In this document: piece after piece, positions 9,311 through 19,371 of the stretch
Layout of the letters: every line of letters begins with the position of its first letter
Position numbering within the stretch: the first letter of the stretch is position 1
Origin: a virus
Length of the DNA: 64,000 nucleotides
Virus record (IMG/VR): IMGVR_UViG_3300022602_000067
Location: 17,013 to 81,012 of that record
Direction: 5' to 3' (one strand)
The notes under the pieces: generated by a model
The model's database searches: none
The model's input: the letters and a program-made list of their open reading frames with translations, nothing else
What the model was told of the DNA's origin: nothing
Made by a program: the position numbers and the translations under genes

Positions 9311-10177
9311 TTATCTGTAGTGTACTAAACTTACGATTCTCTTCAAATCGTCATAGGTTGTGCTTTCACCCATTGGTGCTGGGCCGGCTGGCATTGTTTG
9401 GGTTGCTTTTACCGCATTGGCTTGATTTTGCGAGTTGGCCGCTGGTGTTGCAGGTGCCGCCGCTGGTGTTGCAGGTGCCGCCGCAGCCGCTGGCTTGCCA
9501 CCATTAGGAGCACGACTTAGGATAATATTATCATTGATATCAGGTACACCACCGCCTTTAGTCAACCATGCTTGATCTTGTGGAGTCAATGCCGCAAATT
9601 TTGCAGCCTGAGCAGGATCTTTATAAGGGTTATTAACAGCGGGTGCCGCTGGAGTACTTGTTGCAGGTGCTGGAGCAGGTTTTGCTTGATTGGCTGGATT
9701 TTCTAAACCACCTGTTGGGATTGCGGTTGCCGCATTAGTAGTACCGACTGGATTCTTAGCGGCATCTCCTGTAGGAGCCGCTGGAGGTGCAGTTGTGCCT
9801 GCTGGCGCTGCCGCTTGTCCGCCAAATTGTGCTTGTGCCGCTTGGGTAGCAGGACCCATGATACCATCAGCTTTAATTTTTGCACCTTTAGCAATTAAAT
9901 CTTGTTGAAGTTTTATCACATTAGGATCTGACTTTGCCGCTGGTTTGCCAGCCGCATTCATAGCTGCCGCGCCACCTGCCGCGCCTGCCAAGCCTGCCGC
10001 GCCCGCAGTCTTCACAGGATTTGCACCCATCCATGATCCAACTTTTTGTGCACCAGCTTTAACAGCGTCTCCAATAGCACCAAGAACTCCTTCATTTTGT
10101 TGAGATTCTATTTGTGCTATTTTTTCTCGTAAACTTGATACTTTAGATGCTAGTTGTGTTTCGCCAATTCTTTTCAT
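9311..10177 (-). CDS. Ala/Pro-rich protein with peptidoglycan-binding-like module
   Basis: VIKLQQDL...ADGIMGPATQAA matches the PG_binding_1 pattern. Confidence 0.7.
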   Translation of the reverse strand: MKRIGETQLASKVSSLREKIAQIESQQNEGVLGAIGDAVKAGAQKVGSWMGANPVKTAGAAGLAGAAGGAAAMNAAGKPAAKSDPNVIKLQQDLIAKGAKIKADGIMGPATQAAQAQFGGQAAAPAGTTAPPAAPTGDAAKNPVGTTNAATAIPTGGLENPANQAKPAPAPATSTPAAPAVNNPYKDPAQAAKFAALTPQDQAWLTKGGGVPDINDNIILSRAPNGGKPAAAAAPATPAAAPATPAANSQNQANAVKATQTMPAGPAPMGESTTYDDLKRIVSLVHYR

Positions 10178-10186
10178 TTTTAATCC

Positions 10187-12622
10187 TCATCTTAATCCTG
10201 CAATTTTAAGTATCGCAGTTAGTTCTATATTTTCTTTCATTCCTTGCGGACCTTGTGGCATTCTAGGGTCCGCCATATGACCTAACTTAAATTTTTCAAG
10301 GTCAGCCATAGTTGGCATCTTTGCTATGTTACTAAGATCGGAGGAGCCGTGCGGTTGTCCTGGCGTAGCCAACGGGCCAGTTATGTTTGGCATATTTGGC
10401 ATATTTGGCATATTTGGCATAGAAAACATGCCTTCGTCAGCTTCTTGATCGTGCATGCCTGCTAAGTGACGGATATGACCTAATTCACTAGACGCATGCT
10501 GTTCGCTTGGATCCATTTTATCGATTAGCTTCAATACATGATGCAGATCCTGCTCTGTGGCATTACTGAATTCGCCATTCTTAAAATCTTTGAGAACTTT
10601 AGTTTTTGCACGAGTTCCGCCTATTGTAAAGTTTCTAGCTTCTTTATTCCAGAATCCACTTATACTTTTAAGCATTTGTTCCACGCCACTTTTATCACTA
10701 TCAGAATCAAACCCAAAATCTTTAGGCTCCATACCACAGTCATGTATACAATCGTGTAGTGTCATTTCTTTATGACCAAAGTCTAATGTTGTATCTAATG
10801 TTGCGCCGTGCTTTTTAGCTGTATGTATTGCTTTAATTAATCTAGCTTTAGGATGCGATCCTGTACTTTCTGCTACAGGTGGTGCTCCTGGAGGTACAGC
10901 TCCTGGAGGTACAGCTCCTGGTGCTGGTGGTGCTCCTGGAGGCATTGCACTTGCATCCGGTGCTGGTGGTGCTCCTGGAGGCATTGCACTTGCATCCGGT
11001 GCTGGTGGTGCTCCTGGAGGCATTGCACTTGCATCCGGTGCTGGTGGTGCTCCTGCTGGAGCGCCTGGAGGAAGTTCAACTCCTCCAACTGGAGTAGCAT
11101 CACCTTCTGAATCTAGAGCCTTAGTGGCAACAATCTCTTGGGCTATTTCTTTAGCCTTAGGAGCGTCTGGTTCGCTAACCTTACCCGAGGCTAAATCTTG
11201 TAAATACAATTTGATTGCTGTACCAACATCGTCTTCATCTGAAAGACCTTCTAAATAATCATCGGTGAATACTTGACTATCTAAAATACCTTTAAGACTT
11301 AGTGCGGCATTTATACCATCAACTCCTGGTCGTAATCCTGAGCTTATTAATTCTTTAAGTTTGTCTAATGCTTGTGATCTACGTGCTACATCAGCACTAA
11401 ACAATTCGTTATGTCCTTCTTCATCTTCGGCGTCTTCTAACAAACCGTTGACGAAATTTTCAAATTGATCTTCTGGTGATTCTTTAATTCGCTTGCCTTC
11501 TTCGTTGTATTTTCCAGATTTTTTCTTTGAAATAGCAATGGCAGCCTGTTGCGCATTTCCTGTTTCATCTAATAAATCATCTGGTGTTAATTCCTTAATA
11601 CCAACATTTTCTCCTACTAGTCTATAGATATACGGAAAGGCTGTTTTTAATTCTTCGTTAAATGTGCGGATAGTTAAGCGATCGATCCAATCATTTAAGA
11701 TTTCTTCTGGAATGTCTTGAGATTCTTGTGCTGTAAAACTTTCTGCAAATGCTTGATAATATGTAGAGCGTTGGAGATTGTGTATTTCTTTTTTAACAGC
11801 TTCAATACGTTCATTGACTGTGCTGTTTATGTCATCCATTGCTTCGCTAAGTGTATCATTACGACCAACATAGTTCTTGAATTTACGTAGTTGGGCTAAT
11901 TCTTCGCTTAATCCGGTAATATGCTGTCCGATCGGATCATAAGGATTACCACCGGCCTTGATATGTTCTGCTAGAGCACGGGCTCCATTTAAGTGCTTGT
12001 AAGGATAACGGAAACGTTCACCGTTTGAATTTTCAACCCAGATACCCTCGATATGCATTGTACGTCCAGCGGCAAGTTCTGTGTTAATTGGTTGACTGTG
12101 TTTTACTACTAATCGAGCTTCGCCTAGATCTTGATAACTCATGCGGCTTGTGCCATACATCTTGTTTTCCATCATAGATGATTTAGGAGCCATTGGTCCT
12201 TTAGGTTGCGGCTGTTGTTGAACAGGCTGTTGCATAACTGGTTCTTCCTTACGTTTTGATTGAAATTCATAGTCTCGTTTATCTAATTGATCTTTACCAA
12301 TGTTTTGGATGTCAAAATTTAATAGTCGATCTTTAGCAAATGATCTTAATCCGCGAATAAATCTAAATATTCCTTCATTTTGTTTATTGGCTAGTTCTCC
12401 ACTAGTTTGCACAATAATACCATCATCTTCATCTAGCGTGATAGTCACTGTTCCTAGCTTTTTACCAGCATTTTTATACTCAAATTCAAAAAATCTAGCC
12501 TTAGGTATATCTTGTTTTTTGCTCAGTACACCTGCATTTTCATCCCCAATTTTAATGTCATTAAAACGGGTGCTAATTTTTCCGTATAAATCTAAAGCAA
12601 TTTTATCTAAATTAGTTTTCAT
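10187..12622 (-). CDS. large hypothetical protein, probable internal head/core protein
   Basis: Start MKTNLD at 12622 after TAAATA; follows terminase; acidic and Pro-rich repeats. Confidence 0.7.
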   Translation of the reverse strand: MKTNLDKIALDLYGKISTRFNDIKIGDENAGVLSKKQDIPKARFFEFEYKNAGKKLGTVTITLDEDDGIIVQTSGELANKQNEGIFRFIRGLRSFAKDRLLNFDIQNIGKDQLDKRDYEFQSKRKEEPVMQQPVQQQPQPKGPMAPKSSMMENKMYGTSRMSYQDLGEARLVVKHSQPINTELAAGRTMHIEGIWVENSNGERFRYPYKHLNGARALAEHIKAGGNPYDPIGQHITGLSEELAQLRKFKNYVGRNDTLSEAMDDINSTVNERIEAVKKEIHNLQRSTYYQAFAESFTAQESQDIPEEILNDWIDRLTIRTFNEELKTAFPYIYRLVGENVGIKELTPDDLLDETGNAQQAAIAISKKKSGKYNEEGKRIKESPEDQFENFVNGLLEDAEDEEGHNELFSADVARRSQALDKLKELISSGLRPGVDGINAALSLKGILDSQVFTDDYLEGLSDEDDVGTAIKLYLQDLASGKVSEPDAPKAKEIAQEIVATKALDSEGDATPVGGVELPPGAPAGAPPAPDASAMPPGAPPAPDASAMPPGAPPAPDASAMPPGAPPAPGAVPPGAVPPGAPPVAESTGSHPKARLIKAIHTAKKHGATLDTTLDFGHKEMTLHDCIHDCGMEPKDFGFDSDSDKSGVEQMLKSISGFWNKEARNFTIGGTRAKTKVLKDFKNGEFSNATEQDLHHVLKLIDKMDPSEQHASSELGHIRHLAGMHDQEADEGMFSMPNMPNMPNMPNITGPLATPGQPHGSSDLSNIAKMPTMADLEKFKLGHMADPRMPQGPQGMKENIELTAILKIAGLR
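10391..10420. repeat. 9-bp tandem repeat encoding MPN
   Basis: (CATATTTGG)n, about 3 copies. Confidence 0.8.
10921..11055. repeat. perfect 39-bp tandem repeat x3.5 ([13 protein letters not shown])
   Basis: GTGCTGGTGGTGCTCCTGGAGGCATTGCACTTGCATCCG at 10921, 10960, 10999, partial at 11038; adjacent 15-bp repeat at 10884-10920. Confidence 0.95.
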
Positions 12623-12632
12623 GTTATATTTA

Positions 12633-14234
12633 TCACATACCCGTCGATATGAATATAGGTAGCGGGGGTTCAAATTCTTGATCGGTAATCCAATCGCTGG
12701 TTACCCTAATGTGTTCAAAGACCTGTGGATCCCATTCCGCAAGCACTTGACTCATACGTATCAGCAAAAGTAAAGCCGCTACTAGATCATCGTGTTGGCC
12801 TTCTTTGGCTTTGAAGCTAGTTCCGCTGGCAATATAGGTTTTTAATTCGCTGATTAAAGGACGGCTGTTTAGAACACATTTTTCTTCCTCTATTAAGAAT
12901 TTGACCTTAGCGCATGCGGCAATCTTAGTTCCGTGTGTAGTATTAAATCCTTTGCGGAATTTTTTAACGTGTCCTTTACGTGCAGGCTCGCTAAGAAAAA
13001 CTCCCGGAAACGTTTCTTCTCCTAGATTATCTATTACTACTAAAGCACTTTCGCCTACTGTATTATTCTCTACACTCCAATATATATGATTAAAAGGCTC
13101 GCCGCCTATTTCATCTGCAATATATTTTAGTATGTCTCTTAGTATTTTTACCTGACCCTGGATAGGAGTGATATTGTGTTGCCATTCGGCTACCTGTATC
13201 ATGCTAGGCATTTCGAAGACTTCTATCGCTCCAAAATCTCCGCCTGTTCCTAGACTAGGGTCAAATGCTACCAGATAAACTTTGCCCGACTCGGGTTTTT
13301 TCCACCAACGCACCTGACCCATTTTCCAGGCTGGTTCTCTACCGGCCATATCGATTAGTTTAAGACTACTAATTAGTGTTTCGTCATAGACTAAGAATTC
13401 GCAACCATACTCGCGACGGAAACGCTCTTCACCGATACGACCCATTTCAGTTTTCTTCCAGTTCTCATCGCGATCCGGATGTTCGTGCCATTCTGCACGG
13501 AATCCGTGGAATCCATTACGACCTATACCGTCGGTTCTTTCGTCACCGTACTCGTTAAATTTATCCTGGCTTTCTTTCCAGATTATAGCAAACTCGTCCT
13601 CGTCACTGTTAGGTGTTGAGGTAATAATTGCTCGTCCACCAGTTGCGAGTGTCGGGCTGATTGATGTCCAGAATTCTGTGGCAATATTTGGCTGTACGAA
13701 GGCAAACTCGTCGCAATAAAGGAGGGATATAGACATACCGCGGCCTGTGTTGCCAGTTGTTGTAGCAGATACAATTCTTGATCCGTTGTCAAATTCAATA
13801 CTCCCCTTGTTATAGTTAACTACACCTGCTCGAACATATTCGTCACATAATTCGTATCCATAACGAATACGTTGCATAATTTCCTGTGAACCGGTGTATT
13901 TGTGCGCGGCTACTAGAATAGTTTGATCAGGATGGAACATGGCATACCATAACAGATATGCTGATGCACAAGTTGTCTTACCACTTTGACGTGGCAGCAT
14001 ATTAATATTAAAACGATAATCGTGATATGCGTTTAGTAGTCGTTCCTGGTATTCGTAAGGCTCAAATTTAACTTTACCTTTAACAGGATGCTGGATATGA
14101 AAGAAGTTTTTACTGAAGTAGTGATAACCAGTTGTGGGGTCAGCACAGGCTAGCAAGTCCTGAACCTGCTGTTCTGTAAACTTTTCTTTAGTGTGAGCCT
14201 TTTTTGTTAAGACCCCGTCGAGACTTTTTGCCAT
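12633..14234 (-). CDS. gp17: terminase large subunit (gp17-like)
   Basis: PRQSGKTT, LYCDEFAF, ITSTPN, FRREY, DPSLGTGGD, HDDLV. Confidence 0.95.
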   Translation of the reverse strand: MAKSLDGVLTKKAHTKEKFTEQQVQDLLACADPTTGYHYFSKNFFHIQHPVKGKVKFEPYEYQERLLNAYHDYRFNINMLPRQSGKTTCASAYLLWYAMFHPDQTILVAAHKYTGSQEIMQRIRYGYELCDEYVRAGVVNYNKGSIEFDNGSRIVSATTTGNTGRGMSISLLYCDEFAFVQPNIATEFWTSISPTLATGGRAIITSTPNSDEDEFAIIWKESQDKFNEYGDERTDGIGRNGFHGFRAEWHEHPDRDENWKKTEMGRIGEERFRREYGCEFLVYDETLISSLKLIDMAGREPAWKMGQVRWWKKPESGKVYLVAFDPSLGTGGDFGAIEVFEMPSMIQVAEWQHNITPIQGQVKILRDILKYIADEIGGEPFNHIYWSVENNTVGESALVVIDNLGEETFPGVFLSEPARKGHVKKFRKGFNTTHGTKIAACAKVKFLIEEEKCVLNSRPLISELKTYIASGTSFKAKEGQHDDLVAALLLLIRMSQVLAEWDPQVFEHIRVTSDWITDQEFEPPLPIFISTGM

Positions 14235-14247
14235 ACATTATTTAATC

Positions 14248-14275
14248 AAAAAAATAGACTCCGAAGAGTCTATTT
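14248..14275 (-). terminator. intrinsic terminator with UUCG loop
   Basis: AAATAGACTC-TTCG-GAGTCTATTT plus T tract on the minus strand. Confidence 0.8.
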
Positions 14276-14309
14276 GGCACCTTGGACAGGGTGCTAACTG
14301 CGACGAAAC

Positions 14310-15554
14310 TTAACCGTTTAATCTTTTGTTTAATGCTAGCATAGCATTTAATTCTTTACTTTCATTCATTTGTTCTGGTAAGGTTGGAGTATGGTGTTGT
14401 CCTAAACTTCCTCGAATATCATTTTTCATACGCTTTCTTCTATCAGCCGTAAGTTTTCCTTTTGAGTCGCCTTTACTAGAGATACTACCATACCCCCAGT
14501 TCTCAGGATCATTGTGATGCTTAGGTAAATTACTTCTAGTATCTAATGGATCCGTCCATACAGTATCTCTGTCAAATGTAGATCGTTTTTGACCTGGATC
14601 TTTTTTAGGTCTTTCTTTTATACCGTATCCGTAATCTATGCTGTCGTAATCATCACTGTCGCCTTTCTTTTGAGTAAACAGTTTACCTTTGTATTTAGGA
14701 TCACGCCATTTAGCAGATTCTTCCATATCTTCATAATCTTTAGGATCATGTTCTTCATAGTGATAGTGCTCTAATGCCTCTTGACGACTCCAACCGTATT
14801 TTCGCATTAGGTGTCGAATCTTTTTCTCTTCGTCATCCTCGTGATGAGCGTTTTCTTTTACGTCTTTTTTAGACATTTTTTCACTTTCACGGCGAGCTTT
14901 GTCACTCATGTTAGTTACTTTACCCCGGCCATTTTTATCTTGGGCCTTGCGCCATGGAGTTTCTTCTTTCCACTTAATAACGTTGCCTTTTTCATCTTTT
15001 TCTTCTGTACGTTCTTCTTTAATAGCCTGATACATAGCAGATAAACGATTTACTAATGATTCATTATATGGATTTCCGCCGCCTTGCTTTTTATGCGGTT
15101 CCATAGAACCTTTGCTGTTCATGTCATCACCATGAAATGTAACGGCATCTATACCATGTGTATGATGAGTGTGGCCACCTTCAGCGGAATTACCCCAACC
15201 TTCTTTGTCATCGTCGATTACTTCAGACATGCGTTCTTCTTCTGCACCAAATAAAGGTTCTCCGTGACTATGATCTGGTTCATGATCTGAATGATGTGCA
15301 ACACCACTTTCAATATCTCGCAGTATGCTCATTAGATCTTTTACACCACCAGGCCCCGATCCATTCAGACTAACGTTCATTGTAACCGTATCTGGTTGTT
15401 TAGGCTGATCTTGATGGCCCATCATGCCTGGTAATCCCATTGGCCCGCCGATAATTATGCCTTCCTTTTCTGCAGGACCATCGGTATGGACAGGAGCGAC
15501 AGGAGCCCCTTCATCTATTCTTTTTAATTTAGTTAATAAGTCTTGTAGGTTCAT
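14310..15554 (-). CDS. charged, His-rich hypothetical protein, probable internal head protein
   Basis: 414 aa; N-terminal LQDLLTKLKRIDE; multiple x-x-E block boundaries. Confidence 0.7.
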   Translation of the reverse strand: MNLQDLLTKLKRIDEGAPVAPVHTDGPAEKEGIIIGGPMGLPGMMGHQDQPKQPDTVTMNVSLNGSGPGGVKDLMSILRDIESGVAHHSDHEPDHSHGEPLFGAEEERMSEVIDDDKEGWGNSAEGGHTHHTHGIDAVTFHGDDMNSKGSMEPHKKQGGGNPYNESLVNRLSAMYQAIKEERTEEKDEKGNVIKWKEETPWRKAQDKNGRGKVTNMSDKARRESEKMSKKDVKENAHHEDDEEKKIRHLMRKYGWSRQEALEHYHYEEHDPKDYEDMEESAKWRDPKYKGKLFTQKKGDSDDYDSIDYGYGIKERPKKDPGQKRSTFDRDTVWTDPLDTRSNLPKHHNDPENWGYGSISSKGDSKGKLTADRRKRMKNDIRGSLGQHHTPTLPEQMNESKELNAMLALNKRLNG

Positions 15555-16186
15555 TATCTACTCTCCATAGCTTTAGCGCCAATATCGTCTGGCCTTTTAG
15601 CAACAGGGCTACGATGAGCTTTTTCTACTGTGCTTTGTTTTTCTTTACGATATTCTTTAGCAAGTCCTGGAACACTTCTTGCTAGGATTTCATCGTTGAA
15701 TCCTTTAACTTGGGTACCTTGATGACGTTCATGAGTAAGCGAACTAAGGAAGTTCATTTTATGTTTTTCGCCTACTAGGTCGCTGTTGTCGCTAGGCTCT
15801 TGCATAGTTCCACCTAACGCTTGGCCACTAAGTTTATCGTATTGATGATTGATCATCATTTCTTTTTCTTCTGCCATGCTTCTAACTTTAACAGAAGCAT
15901 GCGATATATTCATAATTGCGCATAGCTTGTCCTGTATTTGCTTGCTAGTACACGGATAGTTTGTCGCAATATCATATACTGTCATATGAACATTTCTGTG
16001 CTCAGGAAATTCACTGTGGCGTTCTTGAATAGGAGTTCGTTTGCCAGCACTACAGCTAGAGATTTCAAACTCTCCTAAGGCTGCCTTGATTTTAGTGGCA
16101 ACATCTGACTGATGCTCGCCTGCAATTTTTACTTTGAATTCGTAAACTTTTGTGCTTTCCGTTAAATATTCTTTGAATGATTTCAT
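15554..16186 (-). CDS. hypothetical protein with T4 capsid-targeting-like N-terminus
   Basis: MKSFKEYLTE resembles the T4 internal-protein CTS MKTYQEFIAE; TAAATA at 16205-16210. Confidence 0.7.
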   Translation of the reverse strand: MKSFKEYLTESTKVYEFKVKIAGEHQSDVATKIKAALGEFEISSCSAGKRTPIQERHSEFPEHRNVHMTVYDIATNYPCTSKQIQDKLCAIMNISHASVKVRSMAEEKEMMINHQYDKLSGQALGGTMQEPSDNSDLVGEKHKMNFLSSLTHERHQGTQVKGFNDEILARSVPGLAKEYRKEKQSTVEKAHRSPVAKRPDDIGAKAMESR

Positions 16187-16207
16187 ATTAGTTTCCCAGT
16201 ATTGTAT

Positions 16208-16681
16208 TTATTTCATATTCTTTAATTTTTCTAACAAGCTGTTGCGATCTGTAATAATAACACCGTCTCCTGGTATTGTTACGCCGTCATCTGTATTAGC
16301 ATCTTGGTCTAATTTCTGTTTTTTCAGCTGTAGTTCAATCATTCTAAGTTTTTTATCTATCTTGGCACTTTTAGCGTCAACTGCATTTTTAAGCATGCTG
16401 GCCGCTACTTCAAATAAACGACTGCTATAACGTGCTTCCACATTCATGCCCAGATCCATAAGATCTTCATAGGCCTCTGTGGCTTTTTTAGCAAGATCGT
16501 CAAATTCACTATCACTAGCATCGCCTAGACCTTTTACAGGAGGCAGTGCGGCAGAAATTTTATCAAATTCGCTAATATCACGAAGCAACGGTGCTACATC
16601 GCGTTTTTGTTGTTTTTCATCTTCCTTTATAATTTTCTTACTTTCGGGAAGATTGAGTAGTTCTTCAAGTTTTTTTGTCAT
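16208..16681 (-). CDS. putative terminase small subunit (gp16-like)
   Basis: 157 aa helical, DLMDLGMNVEARYSSRLFEVA segment; near terL and gp4. Confidence 0.5.
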   Translation of the reverse strand: MTKKLEELLNLPESKKIIKEDEKQQKRDVAPLLRDISEFDKISAALPPVKGLGDASDSEFDDLAKKATEAYEDLMDLGMNVEARYSSRLFEVAASMLKNAVDAKSAKIDKKLRMIELQLKKQKLDQDANTDDGVTIPGDGVIITDRNSLLEKLKNMK

Positions 16682-16695
16682 ACAACTACTTATGC

Positions 16696-17124
16696 TTATG
16701 TTTGGCTGAATATATCATTTTCGTTAAGAATACGAAACTTAATGCCCTGTTGTCGACACCACGCATTTGCCGCTAACCATTTAGCTTGATTTTTTACATA
16801 TTGAGCTTGATTATACTTGTTCTTGCCCACACGCTCTAAAATAGTTTGACTTGCCGGTTTAATTTCAATTAGTTCAGTCAACATACGATTATTTTTATCT
16901 ACATACTGTATGAAAAAATCTGGAACATATACCGTTTGTTTTGCTGTTAGGGGATCTCTGTAAGGAATCTGGACTGCTTCGCTAGCCCACTTGACTACGC
17001 TTCTATTGTTGTCGCAAAAATTCATAAATGTTAGTTCCCAGCTTGAACGATACGTAGGCATTTTTGTCCCCACATATTTTTCAGGATGCTTCATTACAAA
17101 TTTTCCACGGGCAAATTTAGTCAT
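16696..17124 (-). CDS. gp4: head completion nuclease (gp4/TnsA-like PD-(D/E)xK)
   Basis: YRSSWE, WASE, IPY, YVPDF, EIKP, KW. Confidence 0.85.
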   Translation of the reverse strand: MTKFARGKFVMKHPEKYVGTKMPTYRSSWELTFMNFCDNNRSVVKWASEAVQIPYRDPLTAKQTVYVPDFFIQYVDKNNRMLTELIEIKPASQTILERVGKNKYNQAQYVKNQAKWLAANAWCRQQGIKFRILNENDIFSQT

Positions 17125-17125
17125 A

Positions 17126-17491
17126 TTAGATTAAAATATTACGTGCTTCGTAGGTATTTGTTATAGGTTGAGTCCTATAGCCCAATAGACTAGTTTTATC
17201 TCTTGTACTGTTGAGTACTTGAGCTACTACTTGACTAAGCTGTACGTCTGTTAGACCTTTAAGTGTATCTAATAGACTAAAAACACTAACTTTTTCTGCG
17301 CGAGCCTGTCTTAATAATACAATAGCAACAGAGCTTGCTCCAGTAGTATCAAACCCTCTTTTAAGGAAAAATGCTGTAGTAGCATCCATTTCTCCTGCTG
17401 AAAAACTAATAGGTTGTTTTGTTAGATTATCAAAAAATGTTTTGACATTTCTGCCATTAATCGAAGATATAGGTAAATTACTAGAAGACAT
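17126..17491 (-). CDS. hypothetical protein
   Basis: 121-aa ORF tightly packed in the late operon. Confidence 0.7.
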   Translation of the reverse strand: MSSSNLPISSINGRNVKTFFDNLTKQPISFSAGEMDATTAFFLKRGFDTTGASSVAIVLLRQARAEKVSVFSLLDTLKGLTDVQLSQVVAQVLNSTRDKTSLLGYRTQPITNTYEARNILI

Positions 17492-17494
17492 ATT

Positions 17495-18652
17495 TTATAA
17501 ACCCAAAGCACCACTCACTGCGTCGGCGGCAGAAGAAATTGCATCTCCTACTGCACCTGCGGCATCCGATATCGCTCCGCCTACTGCACCTGCGGCATCC
17601 GATATCGCTCCGCCTACACTAGACAATCCGCCTGATAAATCAATTCCACCAAGTCCGCCTATCGCACTTCCTAACAGGCCGGCACCTACACCGATTACAC
17701 CAGCAACTCCTGCGGCCGCTCCTATAGTACCGCCAACAGTATCTAACGGACTGCTTGACTGCTGACTATTCTGATAAGTGTTTACTTGCGAAATGGCTTT
17801 AGATAATGCTCCTGCCGCCAAACCAGTTGTATCTATAGCTGTGACAAAACTTGCTCCACCTGCGGCATTATTGATTGCCGGTGTATCTCCTGCCGCAGTA
17901 TTGGCCTGCAATGGGCTAAGAGTTGTATCGTAATGTGTAATTCCAAATCCTTCGGGACTGTCTGCGCTTACTGCTCCTACACTATAACTTACTGCTTCAT
18001 AATTAACTTTCATGTCAAATGAATTTGGTTGATAGTCACTATAACTTAATTTATTATGGTTCCAGTTAGTGATAATCGGATTCCACAACTGATACATGAC
18101 ATATTCATGGCGTGCCATCTGGTAGATTTTAATGTAGTTAAAAAATGGTACTGTGCTACCTGCATCATACCCATAACTAGCAGGAATTGTACTGAAAGCC
18201 TGGGTGGCATTTCTTGAATAGGCTCCTGGAATAGTTGCAGTAGTTGGATCAGCATAGTAATAACTGTAATAGTTCTGCCAGACTTGATTAATTAATCCCA
18301 TGTTGTCATCATGGAATGTTATACCAATTTCAGAAGGAATAGCCTTATATTGCACAACTTTTTTACGATTATACTGATTTAATACTTCTGTTTGTATTTG
18401 AAAATTTGGAAGGTCTGCACTCTTAACAAGCATATTGATCTCTTGGCCAAAGCTAGTCAATATCGCTGGGTTTTTTAGACAGGCAGGATTAATACCAAAA
18501 GCAACATGAAATAAAAATTTACTTTTTGGTGCAAGTCTAAATTGATCTATGGTGAATAATTTAGCCGCATGCTGTTGGTCGCGCAGTAGCTCGGGACCTC
18601 CACCAGGTCCTGTTTGATTTTCAGTAAGATAATTGTTAGGAGTGAACGCCAT
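17495..18652 (-). CDS. tail-tube-fold baseplate/tube initiator (gp48/gp54-like)
   Basis: VKSADLP...NQYNRK...ITFHDD tube-like motifs; Gly/Ala-rich tail; adjacent to tube gene. Confidence 0.6.
   Translation of the reverse strand: MAFTPNNYLTENQTGPGGGPELLRDQQHAAKLFTIDQFRLAPKSKFLFHVAFGINPACLKNPAILTSFGQEINMLVKSADLPNFQIQTEVLNQYNRKKVVQYKAIPSEIGITFHDDNMGLINQVWQNYYSYYYADPTTATIPGAYSRNATQAFSTIPASYGYDAGSTVPFFNYIKIYQMARHEYVMYQLWNPIITNWNHNKLSYSDYQPNSFDMKVNYEAVSYSVGAVSADSPEGFGITHYDTTLSPLQANTAAGDTPAINNAAGGASFVTAIDTTGLAAGALSKAISQVNTYQNSQQSSSPLDTVGGTIGAAAGVAGVIGVGAGLLGSAIGGLGGIDLSGGLSSVGGAISDAAGAVGGAISDAAGAVGDAISSAADAVSGALGL
17547..17617. repeat. perfect 33-bp tandem duplication (VGGAISDAAGA)
   Basis: CCTACTGCACCTGCGGCATCCGATATCGCTCCG twice. 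Confidence 0.9.
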
Positions 18653-18702
18653 ACTATTATTTATCGAAATAATAAACTACGCACTTAATGGACAATCATA
18701 AT

Positions 18703-18722
18703 AAAACCCACTTGCGTGGGTT
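18703..18722 (-). terminator. intrinsic terminator after tail tube
   Basis: AACCCAC-GCAA-GTGGGTT-TT. Confidence 0.7.
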
Positions 18723-18728
18723 GTATTA

Positions 18729-19358
18729 TTAAGATCCTAGCAAGTTTACGCCGCCTGGGAAATTCTGTACTGCTGTTGCTGATCCTAATGCATTTGTTGG
18801 GCCAACTTGTACTGCGTTGTCAAATTGTATGCTTAGGTCAATCATCACAGGACCTTGATCGCTGTATTTTAAGTCTTGATAGTTTGTGCTAACTAGATAG
18901 CAACCATAACACACCCATGTTTCTAATGCGGTTGGAGTACTGGTTCCGTTAGCGCCATCGAGAATCTCTATACGCATAGTGAACTTATAGTCACCTGCTG
19001 ATGCCGCAGAGCTTTGCTCAAAGAAATCAAATTGTTTCTGATTCTGTTCGCCCACTAAAGTTGTAACTGCGTTGGTGACGTCATCACGCAACTTAATGCT
19101 GATTGGATCCCATGCTGGTTTGCCTGCATAGTGAACTACAGAGTTGTAAATTTCAATTTTCTGATCAGCAAACTTGACGCTAGGACGAGCCGCTTCTGAA
19201 ACTTGTTTAGTTAATTCTACCGTACTGTTACCTGATCCAAAATTTTCAAAACTAACTCTAAAACGATATTTCAGTTTCGGCATTAGCATACCTTGTGAGG
19301 TAGCACTTTGGTCCGAAGCTAATGGTACTGTAAAATTTGATAGTGCCGCAATTGCCAT
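18729..19358 (-). CDS. gp19: tail tube protein (gp19-like)
   Basis: PKLKYRFRV, YAGKPAWDPISIKLRDD, ETWVCYGC; directly follows sheath. Confidence 0.8.
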   Translation of the reverse strand: MAIAALSNFTVPLASDQSATSQGMLMPKLKYRFRVSFENFGSGNSTVELTKQVSEAARPSVKFADQKIEIYNSVVHYAGKPAWDPISIKLRDDVTNAVTTLVGEQNQKQFDFFEQSSAASAGDYKFTMRIEILDGANGTSTPTALETWVCYGCYLVSTNYQDLKYSDQGPVMIDLSIQFDNAVQVGPTNALGSATAVQNFPGGVNLLGS

Positions 19359-19371
19359 AATGTTCTCCTAA

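Noticed and set aside
10921-11055. Possible CRISPR array
   Set aside because: Units are contiguous with no spacers and lie in-frame within a CDS
10853-11110. Alternative-frame ORFs with Cys/Trp or His/Gln repeats
   Set aside because: Frame-shifted translations of the 39-bp tandem repeat
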